Shown piece after piece: positions 11,306 to 22,002 of a stretch of 64,000 nucleotides of DNA (positions are counted from its first letter, which is position 1; every line of letters starts with the position of its first letter). Source of the DNA: an uncultured Verrucomicrobiae bacterium (GTDB lineage Bacteria; Verrucomicrobiota; Verrucomicrobiia; Limisphaerales; JAFGQR01); the NCBI GenBank assembly GCA_963788655.1, contig CAWBHS010000057.1:64001-128000 (forward strand), given 5' to 3'. The position numbers and the translations under genes are program-made. The notes under the pieces are model-generated. The model was not told where the DNA came from. It was given only the letters and a program-made list of their open reading frames with translations, and searched no databases.

Positions 11306-14300
11306 TTATTGGATCGGCGTGACGATGCGATAGAACCGTCCGCCCTCGGCCCCTACGTTGTCATCTAGGAAGTCCACCGGGGTTGGACTGGCCGAGGGCA
11401 AAATGTCGGTTAATCTCAGCCAGGTTCCTTCGGAGAGGCTGATCCGATATTGGATGGTGTAACCGACATCCGGAGCAGGATTGAACTGAATGCGGGCACC
11501 ACCGCCATCACTCACCAAGCTGACACGCAGGACGCTACTTTGGTTGTTGGGATCCGTGCCGCTGATGAATTCCTGATAGTTGGTGCGCTTGTCGTTATCG
11601 GGATCGAGATCGCGATCCGACGCATCGCAAGGATTCAAGCCGTGCGCCAGTTCCCAGGTGTCGCTCATGCCGTCACCATCGCTGTCCCCGTCGAGCAGGG
11701 TCAACGTGGCGGCGTCACTCGGCGTCGCGCCAAAGAGGTTGCTGACCACCACCGAGTAACGGCCCTCATCGGCCAGGCCCGGCTGAACGATCACCAGGCT
11801 GGCATTGGTTTCATTGGCCAGGCGATTGGTCGCATTGAACCACCATTGGTAGCTCAAGGGTGCCCCGGTGGCTTCGACCGTGAACACCGCATTCGAGCAG
11901 ACATGCACCGCCTGATCTGCCGGTTGCGTGACAATGGTCGGAGCCACGGGCAGCGTCAGATACGCCACGTGGCTCGTGGCGCTGGCGGCCGGATTGCTCG
12001 CGACAAACGTGTACGCGCCGGCGTCGCTGGCCTGCACGCTGTTGAGGCTGTAACTGGTGCCGGTGGCGCCGGCGATCGGAGCGTCATTGTGCCACCATTG
12101 GAACGTCAACGGCGCTTCGCCGCTCGCGCCGGCATGGAAGGTAACCGGGGCACCCAGCGTGGCCGATTGATTGGTCGGCTGCAGCGTAATGGCCGGCCCG
12201 TCAATGACGGTCACATAGGCATAGGCACTGGGGGTTTGGTAGGTCTGAACACTGTTGCTGATGCCCACGCGATACCGATTCTCGTGGAGGGCCTTCTGCG
12301 CGTTGGTAATCACCAGCACGCTCGTGCTGACGTACGCCGAGTTCGTCACGGCATAGGTGTACCCGCCTCCGGATTCGAAGTTATAATACCCGTTCCCGAG
12401 GCGCCAATAATAGCCGATCGGCAACGTGCCCCGAACCGTCAGACTGATGGTGAAGGTGCTGCCCGAGGCCACGACCTGATTGGTCGGGAAGGGGCCTTCC
12501 ACGATGGCCGGCGGCAGGAGCAACACCACCAGCGCGGGATGGCTCTCGCGCGATCCCACCGCGTCGGTAACCACCACCGTGTAGATCCCGTCATTCACGT
12601 CGAGTTGGAGATCCGTCACGGTCAGCGAGGCGCTGGTCGCGCCGGAAACATCGATCCCATTGCGCCGCCATTGGTAGCTCAGAGAGCCCGTGCCCGAGGC
12701 GACAACGGAGAGCGAGATGTTGGCGCCGGCACTGGCCGTTTGGCTCTGCGGTTGCGTGAGGATACGCGGTAGATTCTGCACGGTCAGCGATGCATTGCTG
12801 CTGGTAGCCGCCCCGGCCGCACCCAGAACAACCACGGAATAAGTGCCCTGGTCCTCCGGCCGCACGGGCGAAATGGTCAACGTCGGGCTGCTGGGCACCG
12901 CGAGAACATTCCCGTCCTGCCGCCACCGGTAGGTGAACGGACCACTGCCGGTAACGGCGACCGTGAACGACGCGCTCTGCCCCTCGATGGCCACCTGGTT
13001 TTCGGGTTCGGTGGTAATGACCGGTGGATTGCCTCCTTGGAATTGATGCCCGGGCGCCGGTCCGGCGGCGATCCAGTTGACCGGATCATTGCCATATTGG
13101 CCGGCAGCGATGCGTTGCAGCGAGAGGCCGAGGACACCATCAGCGGCTAGGGGCCAGGGCGCCTGGTCAGTGTATTTAACCCGTTCCGCCAGGATGTACG
13201 GCACGTAGCCCGCAGTGGGCGAGGGGGGAACATCCGGCAAATCCGGCCGCATCAGTTCGATACTGTCGGTGGAGTTGTCGAGCTTGCCGCTCCACGGTCC
13301 GTAAACGGGGACCTCCGGTGGCACATTATTGCGAGCGCGGAAGGCGGCCAATTCGGTCGCATTGGTGATCTCCTCAAAACCGACCACCAACAGATGTCCC
13401 CCGGCTGGCAGACTGACGCCCATGGGGAAGGTGTAATCCACCGCATCCTGCAAATGCCAAGTGTTGGTCGTATGCAGCGGATCGTACAACGGCACGCTGC
13501 TCCCGGACAGATTATAGAGTTCGAGGTATTCGTCGGTGGCGTTGTCCTCCAGGACGCCGTTAACCAACAAGTCGGGCGGATGATACATAATCTCGCTGAT
13601 GACGATAGGTCCGACGAGCGGCCCCGAATTGGTGCTGCCCAATGTGGGGGCAATCTGGGTAACGAAATTGTCGTTGCCCGTGCTGAGGACGTAGCGGCCA
13701 AACGTAACGCCGTTGGCCTGGGCGCCAAAGTCAAAGCCGTGATAGTAGCCGGTCAAGTTGCCGGCGGCATCGCCGGAGAACAGATAGATGTCGTCGCCGG
13801 TGCTGCTCAAGCCGAAGTTTTGCGACCCCAATCCAAACGAATTGCTCTCGTAAAAAACCCGGTAACCGTTGGCCGGAATGGTGGTACCTTCGGGGATGCG
13901 ATACTTTTGGGGCGTGCCGAAACTATCCGACAAAAACCAGCCGCCGATATCCGCTTCGGTGCTGTTGGGATTGTACAGCTCGATCGCATCAACCACTGGC
14001 AAATCGGTGTGGGGCAGCGCCTCGTTGACGTAAACCACCGGGAGGTCAGGTATCCCCGGATCGTCAGCGCCCGGGGTGCCATTGACCACCCCGCTGGGAC
14101 GCCAGCTTTCCTTCAAACTCCACGTGGAAACCTGCTCGACCCCCACCGTGGTGAACAGCGGCGCGTTGGCATCCACGATTTGCAGGGCGAAGCCGGAGCC
14201 ATCCGTGAGCGGATACCACGCATCATTGTAGGTGAAGTCCTGAATCGGTTCGCGGACGCTGCCTTCGAGGATGATATGGTCGCCCTCATTGCCCAGGTTG

Positions 14301-17300
14301 TTCGCATAGGCGCCGGCAATCAGGACGCCGGCGGTGTTGTAACGGGAAGCGAAGGCTGCTTGATCGCTGACCACCACCACGTGCTGCCCGGCGGCCAGCA
14401 TCAGATTCGGGAAATCGAAGTCAACGCCGCCGCGCAGGCGGAACCGATTCAAGTTCATTGGCGTGGCACCGATGTTCTGGAGTTCGAGGTATTCAAACCG
14501 GTTGGGATCGATGGGATCGCCCATCGGCGGGTCAGCCGGATGATACATGATCTCGGTCACGCGCAAATCCGGGATGGTGACATAGTAGGTTTCCACCCGT
14601 GGCCCGGACCACGGGCTGGACAATGGGGGATTTCCGCCGACAGTGCCGCCGGAGACGTTGTGGTGATTGGGATTCCGGTTCCGGGCAAACAGGCGCGCGT
14701 TGCTGTTGATGGTCACGGTCAGCGGACTGGTGCCCGACATGGCCGAGGAAGAAATGCCGCCACCCGGCAACCGCGGATCGGTGCCGTCCAGCGTGTAGTA
14801 AATCGTCGTGCCGGCAATAAGGGTCGGCGCGGTGATGACCACCTGGTAACCGGCCGACACCTGGCCACCCGCACTGCTGAACACCGGCTTGCGCAGGAAA
14901 TTCGTATCGACGAAATCCATCCGGTCCGCCCACCATTGTTTCAGAAAGTCCACTTCCCCTTGGAACGTTCCATTGAACGTGTGGGAATAACCGTCCACCG
15001 TAATCACTCCGTTGCGTGGCGTACTCGAAGAATCCCCGCTGGGCCACTTGGTGGAATCGCGCTCGTGACCCTCGCGAATTTCGTCGGCCATACGATCGAT
15101 GATGGCATGCACGTTGGTCGTGGCGAACGTGGTTTCCCGAACTTCCTGCCAGCGATCGATCCATTTTTGCCAAAAATCAGGGTCGTTAAACAAGCGTTGC
15201 CACCATTCCACGCCGAGATAAGTGGGATTGCCGAACATGTCGGTGCCCTGATCTCCGCCGATCTGCCGACGCCATTGCCGCGGGTTGTACGGCCGCTCAT
15301 CCGGAGAGGCGGTGCCTTGCGAGCGGTCAAAATCCCACAGGGGCCCCTGGCGCAGTTTTCCGTTCCGCGGCTTATGGAAGAAGCCACTGAGGCGATAGCC
15401 GTCCACGTTGAACGGCAGCGTGTTCAAAATATGATTATCAATCCAATTGTCAGTATCGATCCAAGCCGCATAGCCGGTTTCCGGATCGGTGAAATTCGGC
15501 GACCGCAAGGCATTTTCAAAGGATCGGATGTAATCGATGACATAATTCCGTTGCAGCGGAATCCCGATCTGCAAGCCGTCGGGGTCCACGAACAAGATGG
15601 AGCTTTGCAAATTGTAGCCGGTGGGACTGCTAAAACCATTGACGTCATCCGCCGCCCCGCCGCGGTCGAGCTTCAAAGCGTAACCCCCGGTAATGGACGG
15701 GGCATTGGTATTTTCCGGCTGAATGTTGCCGATATCGAGCCGGTTTTTGCCAACCTTGATTTTCTCCTCGATGACATAGACGCCATTGTAATCGCCGACC
15801 GTGGGTGACGTGTAGTTGATGGCGCCGGTTGCCGTCTTGAGAAACACTTCGGCAAAACGGGTGCGCGAGGAGTAGTGCCCCAGTTCGCGGGACAATTCGT
15901 GCGGGAGCGGATTGTGCAACATGACGCGGTCGAAATCGTTGGGCGCATAGAACACCCAATCGGAATCGGCGGGCATCCCCAGCAACCCGACGCTGCGGTC
16001 ATCATAGTTGATTTCACCCCAGGTCTCCACCGCCAGGCTCTTCTTGGGAAATCCCGCCGTGGAGGATCCCCGGACATGGAACCCCATGCGAGTGCTGAGA
16101 ATCGGCTTGTTGGTCAGCGAACTGCGACCGGAGACGTTGTTCGTATCAAAGATCATCATGCACGCCACCGCGCCGGGACTGGTGTAGGCTCCGGGCGGGG
16201 TTCCGGAGCCGAAATTGTTAAAGATAACCAACGGCAGATCGGAAGTGAAACTCGCCGCGGCCGCGGTGATCTGAATATACGTTTCGCTGCTGGGCGGTCC
16301 GGGAAAATAGCCAGGCTGAGTCGGATAAGCCCGCGCTCGCACCTGCGTGGTGGCGCTAATGGGAATGGGCGCCGAATACAATGGCGAACTGGCGCTGGGC
16401 ACATCCTGCGCGGCGGCGGTGGTGGAGTTGTTCACCAGATAATACCGAATCACGAAGCCCGGCTCGGCAACCGACAGCTCCAAATTAAACGCGTTTTGGA
16501 ATGTGCCGCTCCGCCGAGAGAACTGGACTTCCGGGCCAAAGCCAGAGCCCGTGACACTATTGGCCGCGCCAGGAGTGGGCGTCGTGAAGTAACCCAAAAA
16601 TGAGGGATCCACCCGGTCTCGTCCATAGGAGGCATCATCGAACTGCGGTGGATAATACGGCGCAAACGAAGAGACAATATTCGAGCCATCGGAAAAAACC
16701 AGGGCCAGGTATTCTCCGTTCTTTTCCAGCTTGAAGTTCGTGTGCAGCGGCCCGTTGGGATCAGTCCGGTCCTTTTGCGATGCCCACACCACCAAGTAAC
16801 TATTGGGCTGCAGCGACACCGCCGGGAAGCGCCACTCGCGCAGATCCAGAATATTATCGGTAAGATACCAGCCCGTAAGATCGATGGCACTGGTGCCTCC
16901 ATTGTACAGTTCAATCCAGTCTTCGGTATCGCCATCTTCGTCGCGGATGCCACTTGCATTCGCCGCCATGATTTCATTGATCCGTACATCGCGGTAATCC
17001 ACGTTGGGATCGAGCACATAGCTGAAATTGGTCCCCACAAAGTCCAGTCCCGACAAGTCTTGAATACCATGGCCGCTGGCCCAGGAAACCTGCACCGTAC
17101 CGATATCCGGCTGCGGGAAGCGAAAAATGTATTGTTCGGGCCCCAACAAATCCAGGTCCGTCGCCGGAACATTGTTGATCAGCAGGTCGGCAGCATCCAC
17201 ACCCTGCACCGCTTCACTGAATTGCACCTCTATTTGAGTCAGGTCCCGAACCGCCGTGCCGGCGCCGGGAATAAGCAAAGCCACCGTTGGGGGCGTCTGA

Positions 17301-18199
17301 TCCATGAGCGTGTACTGCCACTGCGCTCCGGGGGCGGTTCCGTCAAAAGCGTTGGCTGGGAGGGCCTGATCGAAAATCCCCGGATTCTCCGCCCACGTAA
17401 TATTCAAGGTGCCGTATGCGGGTTGTGGAAACGAAAACGTGTAGGTGTCACCGGAGCCCGAAACGCTGGAAACCGGGATGCCATTGATCAACAGGTCCGC
17501 CGCGTCCACACCATCGACCGGTTCACTGAAAGTCACTGCGATTTGGTCCAGCGCCGACACGGTGCCCGGCGCGGGATTCCTAAGCGCAATGGTGGGCGCC
17601 GTGAAGTCAGGGGCCTCGACACTCATGGCCACGTCGATGAGGAAATCGCTGCTGCTGCCGATGGAGGCGTTAAAGGCTTGCACGGCGACGACGTTCTCAC
17701 CCGTTACCAAGAATGGCAAATTGTTGAGAGTCGGCGCCGCGACGTTGGGTTCCCCCAAAGCCCCGTTGGAAGTGCCGTTATAGGGAATGTCTCCCGCGGG
17801 CATGTTCACTCGGGCCCCGGATATTTCGGTACCATTGATCCACACAATGCAACCGTCATCCGAGTTGATGGTGAGGGTCAACGAAGCGACTTGCGCCGGA
17901 TCGTCAACTTGGAATGTCTTGCGCATGAAAATGCAGGTGTAGCCGCCAGACATGTCGCCTAGTTGGGTGTTACCCGAGTAACCGGTGCCGTTTTCGTAAT
18001 AAAACGGTGCCTGCCCTGTCAGCCAGGACGAATCGTTGAACCCAATGGTCCGCCACATGGTAGTGGGCGAAGAGGCTTCTTGCGTACCCTTGACGTATTT
18101 CCACGAGGTATTGGCAGGAAAGACGACGGCTGCGGGGGAGGAACCAATCGCCGCGAAAAACGCCAGCGACGAAACGAGAATGCGAAACTTCCTATGCAT
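11306..18199 (-). CDS. Giant secreted Big/LTD/CotH/Ig protein (gene C, ~2,297 aa), intact
   Basis: Likely start MHRKFRILVSSLAFFAAIG (signal peptide). Contains SDDG sugar-binding-like and two Big-like repeats, four LTDs, CotH (NVDGYRLS..PLWDFD) and Ig repeats; ends RFYRIVTPIQ. Confidence 0.92.
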   Translation of the reverse strand: MHRKFRILVSSLAFFAAIGSSPAAVVFPANTSWKYVKGTQEASSPTTMWRTIGFNDSSWLTGQAPFYYENGTGYSGNTQLGDMSGGYTCIFMRKTFQVDDPAQVASLTLTINSDDGCIVWINGTEISGARVNMPAGDIPYNGTSNGALGEPNVAAPTLNNLPFLVTGENVVAVQAFNASIGSSSDFLIDVAMSVEAPDFTAPTIALRNPAPGTVSALDQIAVTFSEPVDGVDAADLLINGIPVSSVSGSGDTYTFSFPQPAYGTLNITWAENPGIFDQALPANAFDGTAPGAQWQYTLMDQTPPTVALLIPGAGTAVRDLTQIEVQFSEAVQGVDAADLLINNVPATDLDLLGPEQYIFRFPQPDIGTVQVSWASGHGIQDLSGLDFVGTNFSYVLDPNVDYRDVRINEIMAANASGIRDEDGDTEDWIELYNGGTSAIDLTGWYLTDNILDLREWRFPAVSLQPNSYLVVWASQKDRTDPNGPLHTNFKLEKNGEYLALVFSDGSNIVSSFAPYYPPQFDDASYGRDRVDPSFLGYFTTPTPGAANSVTGSGFGPEVQFSRRSGTFQNAFNLELSVAEPGFVIRYYLVNNSTTAAAQDVPSASSPLYSAPIPISATTQVRARAYPTQPGYFPGPPSSETYIQITAAAASFTSDLPLVIFNNFGSGTPPGAYTSPGAVACMMIFDTNNVSGRSSLTNKPILSTRMGFHVRGSSTAGFPKKSLAVETWGEINYDDRSVGLLGMPADSDWVFYAPNDFDRVMLHNPLPHELSRELGHYSSRTRFAEVFLKTATGAINYTSPTVGDYNGVYVIEEKIKVGKNRLDIGNIQPENTNAPSITGGYALKLDRGGAADDVNGFSSPTGYNLQSSILFVDPDGLQIGIPLQRNYVIDYIRSFENALRSPNFTDPETGYAAWIDTDNWIDNHILNTLPFNVDGYRLSGFFHKPRNGKLRQGPLWDFDRSQGTASPDERPYNPRQWRRQIGGDQGTDMFGNPTYLGVEWWQRLFNDPDFWQKWIDRWQEVRETTFATTNVHAIIDRMADEIREGHERDSTKWPSGDSSSTPRNGVITVDGYSHTFNGTFQGEVDFLKQWWADRMDFVDTNFLRKPVFSSAGGQVSAGYQVVITAPTLIAGTTIYYTLDGTDPRLPGGGISSSAMSGTSPLTVTINSNARLFARNRNPNHHNVSGGTVGGNPPLSSPWSGPRVETYYVTIPDLRVTEIMYHPADPPMGDPIDPNRFEYLELQNIGATPMNLNRFRLRGGVDFDFPNLMLAAGQHVVVVSDQAAFASRYNTAGVLIAGAYANNLGNEGDHIILEGSVREPIQDFTYNDAWYPLTDGSGFALQIVDANAPLFTTVGVEQVSTWSLKESWRPSGVVNGTPGADDPGIPDLPVVYVNEALPHTDLPVVDAIELYNPNSTEADIGGWFLSDSFGTPQKYRIPEGTTIPANGYRVFYESNSFGLGSQNFGLSSTGDDIYLFSGDAAGNLTGYYHGFDFGAQANGVTFGRYVLSTGNDNFVTQIAPTLGSTNSGPLVGPIVISEIMYHPPDLLVNGVLEDNATDEYLELYNLSGSSVPLYDPLHTTNTWHLQDAVDYTFPMGVSLPAGGHLLVVGFEEITNATELAAFRARNNVPPEVPVYGPWSGKLDNSTDSIELMRPDLPDVPPSPTAGYVPYILAERVKYTDQAPWPLAADGVLGLSLQRIAAGQYGNDPVNWIAAGPAPGHQFQGGNPPVITTEPENQVAIEGQSASFTVAVTGSGPFTYRWRQDGNVLAVPSSPTLTISPVRPEDQGTYSVVVLGAAGAATSSNASLTVQNLPRILTQPQSQTASAGANISLSVVASGTGSLSYQWRRNGIDVSGATSASLTVTDLQLDVNDGIYTVVVTDAVGSRESHPALVVLLLPPAIVEGPFPTNQVVASGSTFTISLTVRGTLPIGYYWRLGNGYYNFESGGGYTYAVTNSAYVSTSVLVITNAQKALHENRYRVGISNSVQTYQTPSAYAYVTVIDGPAITLQPTNQSATLGAPVTFHAGASGEAPLTFQWWHNDAPIAGATGTSYSLNSVQASDAGAYTFVASNPAASATSHVAYLTLPVAPTIVTQPADQAVHVCSNAVFTVEATGAPLSYQWWFNATNRLANETNASLVIVQPGLADEGRYSVVVSNLFGATPSDAATLTLLDGDSDGDGMSDTWELAHGLNPCDASDRDLDPDNDKRTNYQEFISGTDPNNQSSVLRVSLVSDGGGARIQFNPAPDVGYTIQYRISLSEGTWLRLTDILPSASPTPVDFLDDNVGAEGGRFYRIVTPIQ
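11604..12713. repeat. Copy 2 of the ~1.1-kb direct repeat (gene C)
   Basis: Matches 2812-3921. Confidence 0.95.
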
Positions 18200-18372
18200 A
18201 TAGACGATACAACTTTTAGGTGCTGGGTGCGTTGTTTGATAGGCTTTTACCATAAACCTGACCATTTGTCACAGATATTTTTGTGGAAAAGTTAACCTCA
18301 CGTTATGGCGGAAGGCCCTAACGGGGGAAACTACGAGTCGTTAAATCAAGCCGTTGACAGCACGCGTGCGGG

Positions 18373-20717
18373 CTACTGCGCCGGGGTAACAATACGGAAG
18401 AAAGTCCCCGAGGCGCCGGCGCCGGCGGAGTTGGTTACGTAGCGCATCCCCGCCTCCGAACTGGCCGGCACGTCCTTGAGGTTGGTCCAGGAATCGGCTG
18501 GCAGCAACGAACTCCGATACTGCACGGTGTAGGAACTGTACGGCGTGCCGGGGAAGCCCAGCACCAGATGATTATTCTGGTATTGTACCGACTCGATTCG
18601 GAACTGTTCGTGGGTGCCTGGGGTGGGCAGCGCATCCCGCCAATTGATCGGATCGTCCCCATACTCGTCCACGCGCCAGCGTTGCAAGGCCCAACCGCCG
18701 CCATCCGCCAGGGTCGGCCACGGGGCTTTGTCATTGTATTTCACCTTCTCCACCAGGATGTGAGGCACAGTGAACGCATCGGGACGGTCCGGCGATTGCG
18801 GTGGATCCGGCTTATTCAGTTGAATGGAGCCACCGCTGTTGCTGAGCTTGCCTTTGTAGGGTCCATAAATCGGCACCTCCGGTGAAACATTGGTACTTGG
18901 ACCGGAAGGTATTCAACTGCGCCGGGTAGGTCACGGGATCGAAATTGACCACCAGCAAATACTGTCCGGATCCCAGCACGACATTCGTGGGAAAGTCATA
19001 ATCGATGTCTCCCCGAACGTGCCAGGTGTTGGTCAAACCATCCGCGAAGGGAATCCCGCTGAAAAAATACACTCCGTGGGGATCATACAGGGGCACCTCG
19101 GCCGCGGTCGCATTGTAAATCTCGATGTATTCGTTGAGGCTGTCGTCGTAGGAGTTCGTGCCAAAAACCGTGTCCGGCGGGTGATACATGATCTCATTGA
19201 TCACCAACGGGCCAATTTTCGGCGTGGCATTGGGCAGACCCGTTCCCATGCGGAAGTCGGAAATCGAGCCCGGATTGTCCACGCCAAACGTGCGCTGGCT
19301 CATCGCCACAAAGTCCACGTCCCCCACGCTGTTGGTGTACCGTCCAAACGATACCGCATTCTCCGATTCCGCAAACGACTGGCTGGTCCGGGAGCCGAGC
19401 AGAGTGCCGTCGCTCGCCGCGCTGAATAAATACACCTGATCGCCCTCGGCGGAGTTCAACGTGAAGTCCGGTGGGTCGCCGGTGGTGCTGGTGTTGAATC
19501 CGGAACCGGAGGCGCCGCCCCGCATTTCGTAAAACACCTTGTAGCCGTACGGGGGAATGACCGTGTTGGCTGGAATACGAAATTTCTTCGGAAGGTCTTT
19601 GTTGTTGCTGAGCCACCAGAAACTGATGTCGGCGTCATACGGCGTGGGATTGAACAACTCAATCGCATCTTCGAAGGGCGGGTCAGTGTGGGGCAGCACC
19701 TCGTTGATCACCACGTTGGTAATCAGTTGGAAATTGCTGGCCTCCGGGGTGGCAACGCCCAAAGGCCGGACAATGTTCGGGTCACCATCGGGCAAGCGCC
19801 CTTCGGAAAGTCCTTCCCCCTGGACCCCAAACGAGATGAAGTCGATAATGGTCGTGCCATTCGAACCTACCATCATGATCTGCTCACCACTCGCCGACAG
19901 TTTGAAATCCACGTGTTCATATTGGTTGCTGTTGACACTGCCGCTGCCCAATCCGTCGGCAATGAACTTAATGAATTCGTTGGGAGCAATGTACGAGTAC
20001 GGCGGCAACTCCCGACGATAAAACGGGATCACGGTCAAATCGTTGAAGCTGATGCCGGAAATGTTTACGATGTTGGTTTCCAAGTTGTAAATCTCAAACC
20101 AGTCATCGTCACTGCCGGCGGGTTTGGCCATCCACTCGTTAATCCGCAGATTGGTGGACGTAATCGAAATCACGGGGGGATTGGCCGGCCCATTCGAGGT
20201 GCCCGGGGTGGGTTGCATTAAATCGAACTGACCCGTGCCGTCGGTCACCCGACTTAACGACAGGTCGATCAGTTGCATGCCGAAGAAGATACGGTCCACC
20301 AACACCCAACTGGGGTTGTAAAGATTCAGGTCGTCGCCGTTGTCCCGAACATCCAGATTCACGTGGATCCCCGGACGGGTGGTGTCGTCGTCCAAATACA
20401 AGACCAAAAAGCCGTGGGCGGGAATCACGGTGCTGTTGGTGAACACAAAATCCCGGGGTTTGCTCAGGCTCTTGGACATGCTCCAGCCGCCATTGGCGCT
20501 CAGGTCAATGTCCGTGGCGGACAGTGTTGTAAAGTTCGACATACGCCGGCGAATAATCCGGATCGTTCACATCCGGCAAGAGAGCTTGCCGGTTAATCGC
20601 AAGCATCTCGTTGATAACCACTTGGCCGGATGCCGCCACTGAACCGAACAGGGTCAGGAAGCCGGCCAGCACCCATAGGCCCTTCACAGGAAATCGTTGA
20701 AATTCAATTGTTCTCAT
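18373..20717 (-). CDS. Secreted multi-LTD protein without CotH (gene D, ~780 aa); frameshifts at ~20520 and ~18890
   Basis: ORFs 20505-20717 (signal peptide, QVVINEMLA), 18812-20542 (INEWMA, INEVLP, INEIMYHP) and 18373-18876 (ends TFFRIVTPAQ) are collinear. Confidence 0.85.
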
Positions 20718-20996
20718 AGATGAATGCTTAATAAATACATCACGTTACAACTTTTGCCAACAGGTAACATGCCATTTGCAAATCCGCAAAAGTCGTCACG
20801 CGCAACGTCCGTTTTGCTTGCCTGGCGGGAAGGCAGGCTACCGGGCAACTTCGCCGGAGTGCAAACACTACGACAAAGCCCGGCACTCGCTTCGCAGCGT
20901 CTCTCAGCCGAACGAAATCCGGAAGCTTGGTTTGAAATTAGCCGGGCGGAGTGCCGGCGGAATGGGGAACTCGGCACCGGAGTCGGCAATCCCCGT

Positions 20997-21860
20997 CTAA
21001 TCGACGTACAATGTGGTTCGCAGTTCATGCACCAACACGCTCGCGATGGGATGCCGTTTGTCGGCTTCCGTTTCCAGACACTTGAGGATGGTTTTCTCCA
21101 GGCCGACCGGGATGTCCGCGTTCAGCTCCCGCGGCAGCTTGAAATCCGGATTGCGATTGAGTTGGTGGTGCAAAATCTCTTGCGGCGTGTCGCCGGCAAA
21201 CGGCTTCTGCCCGGTGAGTAATTCATACGCCGTCACCCCGTACGCGAAGATGTCCGCGCGATGGTCCAACGGTTGGCGCAGGAGTTGTTCGGGCGCCATG
21301 TAGGCGGGGGTGCCCGGGTTGTGCTTCATCTTTTTCGGCCGCTCGGGACGGAGTTGGGCCAGATCGAAATCGACCAGGCGGACGTTGGCGCTGCGGGTGA
21401 CCAACACGTTTTCCGGTTTGAAATCCAGGTGCATGAAGCCGTTGTCGTGGACGTGCTCCAAGGCCTCGGCCATGTCGATCAAAATATTGCCGACATACTC
21501 GTCGAGCAATGGATCGTTCCGGGCGAAAAGCATCTTGAGATTCGAACTTTCCACATATTCCATCAGGCAATACAGCGTGCCGCGAATCCGGCCATGCTCC
21601 CGGTAGCCGATTACGTAGTCGTGACCGTGGATTTTGGACAGGATTTCACACCCGCGGAGGAAGCGTCGCCGGGCCAACAGGTTGAACCGCAACCGGTCGT
21701 GCAGTTTGCGCAGTGCAAATGGTTTTCCCTGCGCGTCGGTGGCCAGCCAGATGTCAGCCATGCCGCCACTGTTGATTAATTCCTGGAGGTAAAACCGCCC
21801 AAACGCCCCAGGCTTGGGCGCCGGGGTGAGGTCTAATTCACTGGATGAGCCAAGTTCCAT
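20997..21860 (-). CDS. Stand-alone Hanks-type Ser/Thr protein kinase with atypical motifs
   Basis: Motifs SGGMADIW, HLDFKPEN, VDFDLA, GTPAYMAPEQ and ADIFAYG. Confidence 0.9.
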   Translation of the reverse strand: MELGSSSELDLTPAPKPGAFGRFYLQELINSGGMADIWLATDAQGKPFALRKLHDRLRFNLLARRRFLRGCEILSKIHGHDYVIGYREHGRIRGTLYCLMEYVESSNLKMLFARNDPLLDEYVGNILIDMAEALEHVHDNGFMHLDFKPENVLVTRSANVRLVDFDLAQLRPERPKKMKHNPGTPAYMAPEQLLRQPLDHRADIFAYGVTAYELLTGQKPFAGDTPQEILHHQLNRNPDFKLPRELNADIPVGLEKTILKCLETEADKRHPIASVLVHELRTTLYVD

Positions 21861-22002
21861 GCTGCCTTCGAACTCCGCAACCTATACGGTTGGGCATTTA
21901 CCACAGGAACGCCAGCAGGGCAAAGAATAATGCGTCAACTTCAACGCCCGAAGCGCCCCTTTTACCGTGAACCACGCGGAATTTTGAGTCCGCGACGCTC
22001 CT

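Noticed and set aside
2812..12713. Repeat pair as a diversity-generating retroelement TR/VR
   Set aside because: The repeat is too long, both copies are coding, the mismatches are not adenine-specific and no reverse transcriptase is present in the window.
13394..15808. Long antisense ORFs (for example 804 aa here, also 2694-3980 and 39293-40639)
   Set aside because: They are shadow frames of GC-rich coding strands with no recognisable motifs.
20775..20900. Possible c-di-GMP-I riboswitch (gcaaac..caaagc)
   Set aside because: It lacks the GNRA-capped stem and spacing, and it is on the wrong strand for gene D.
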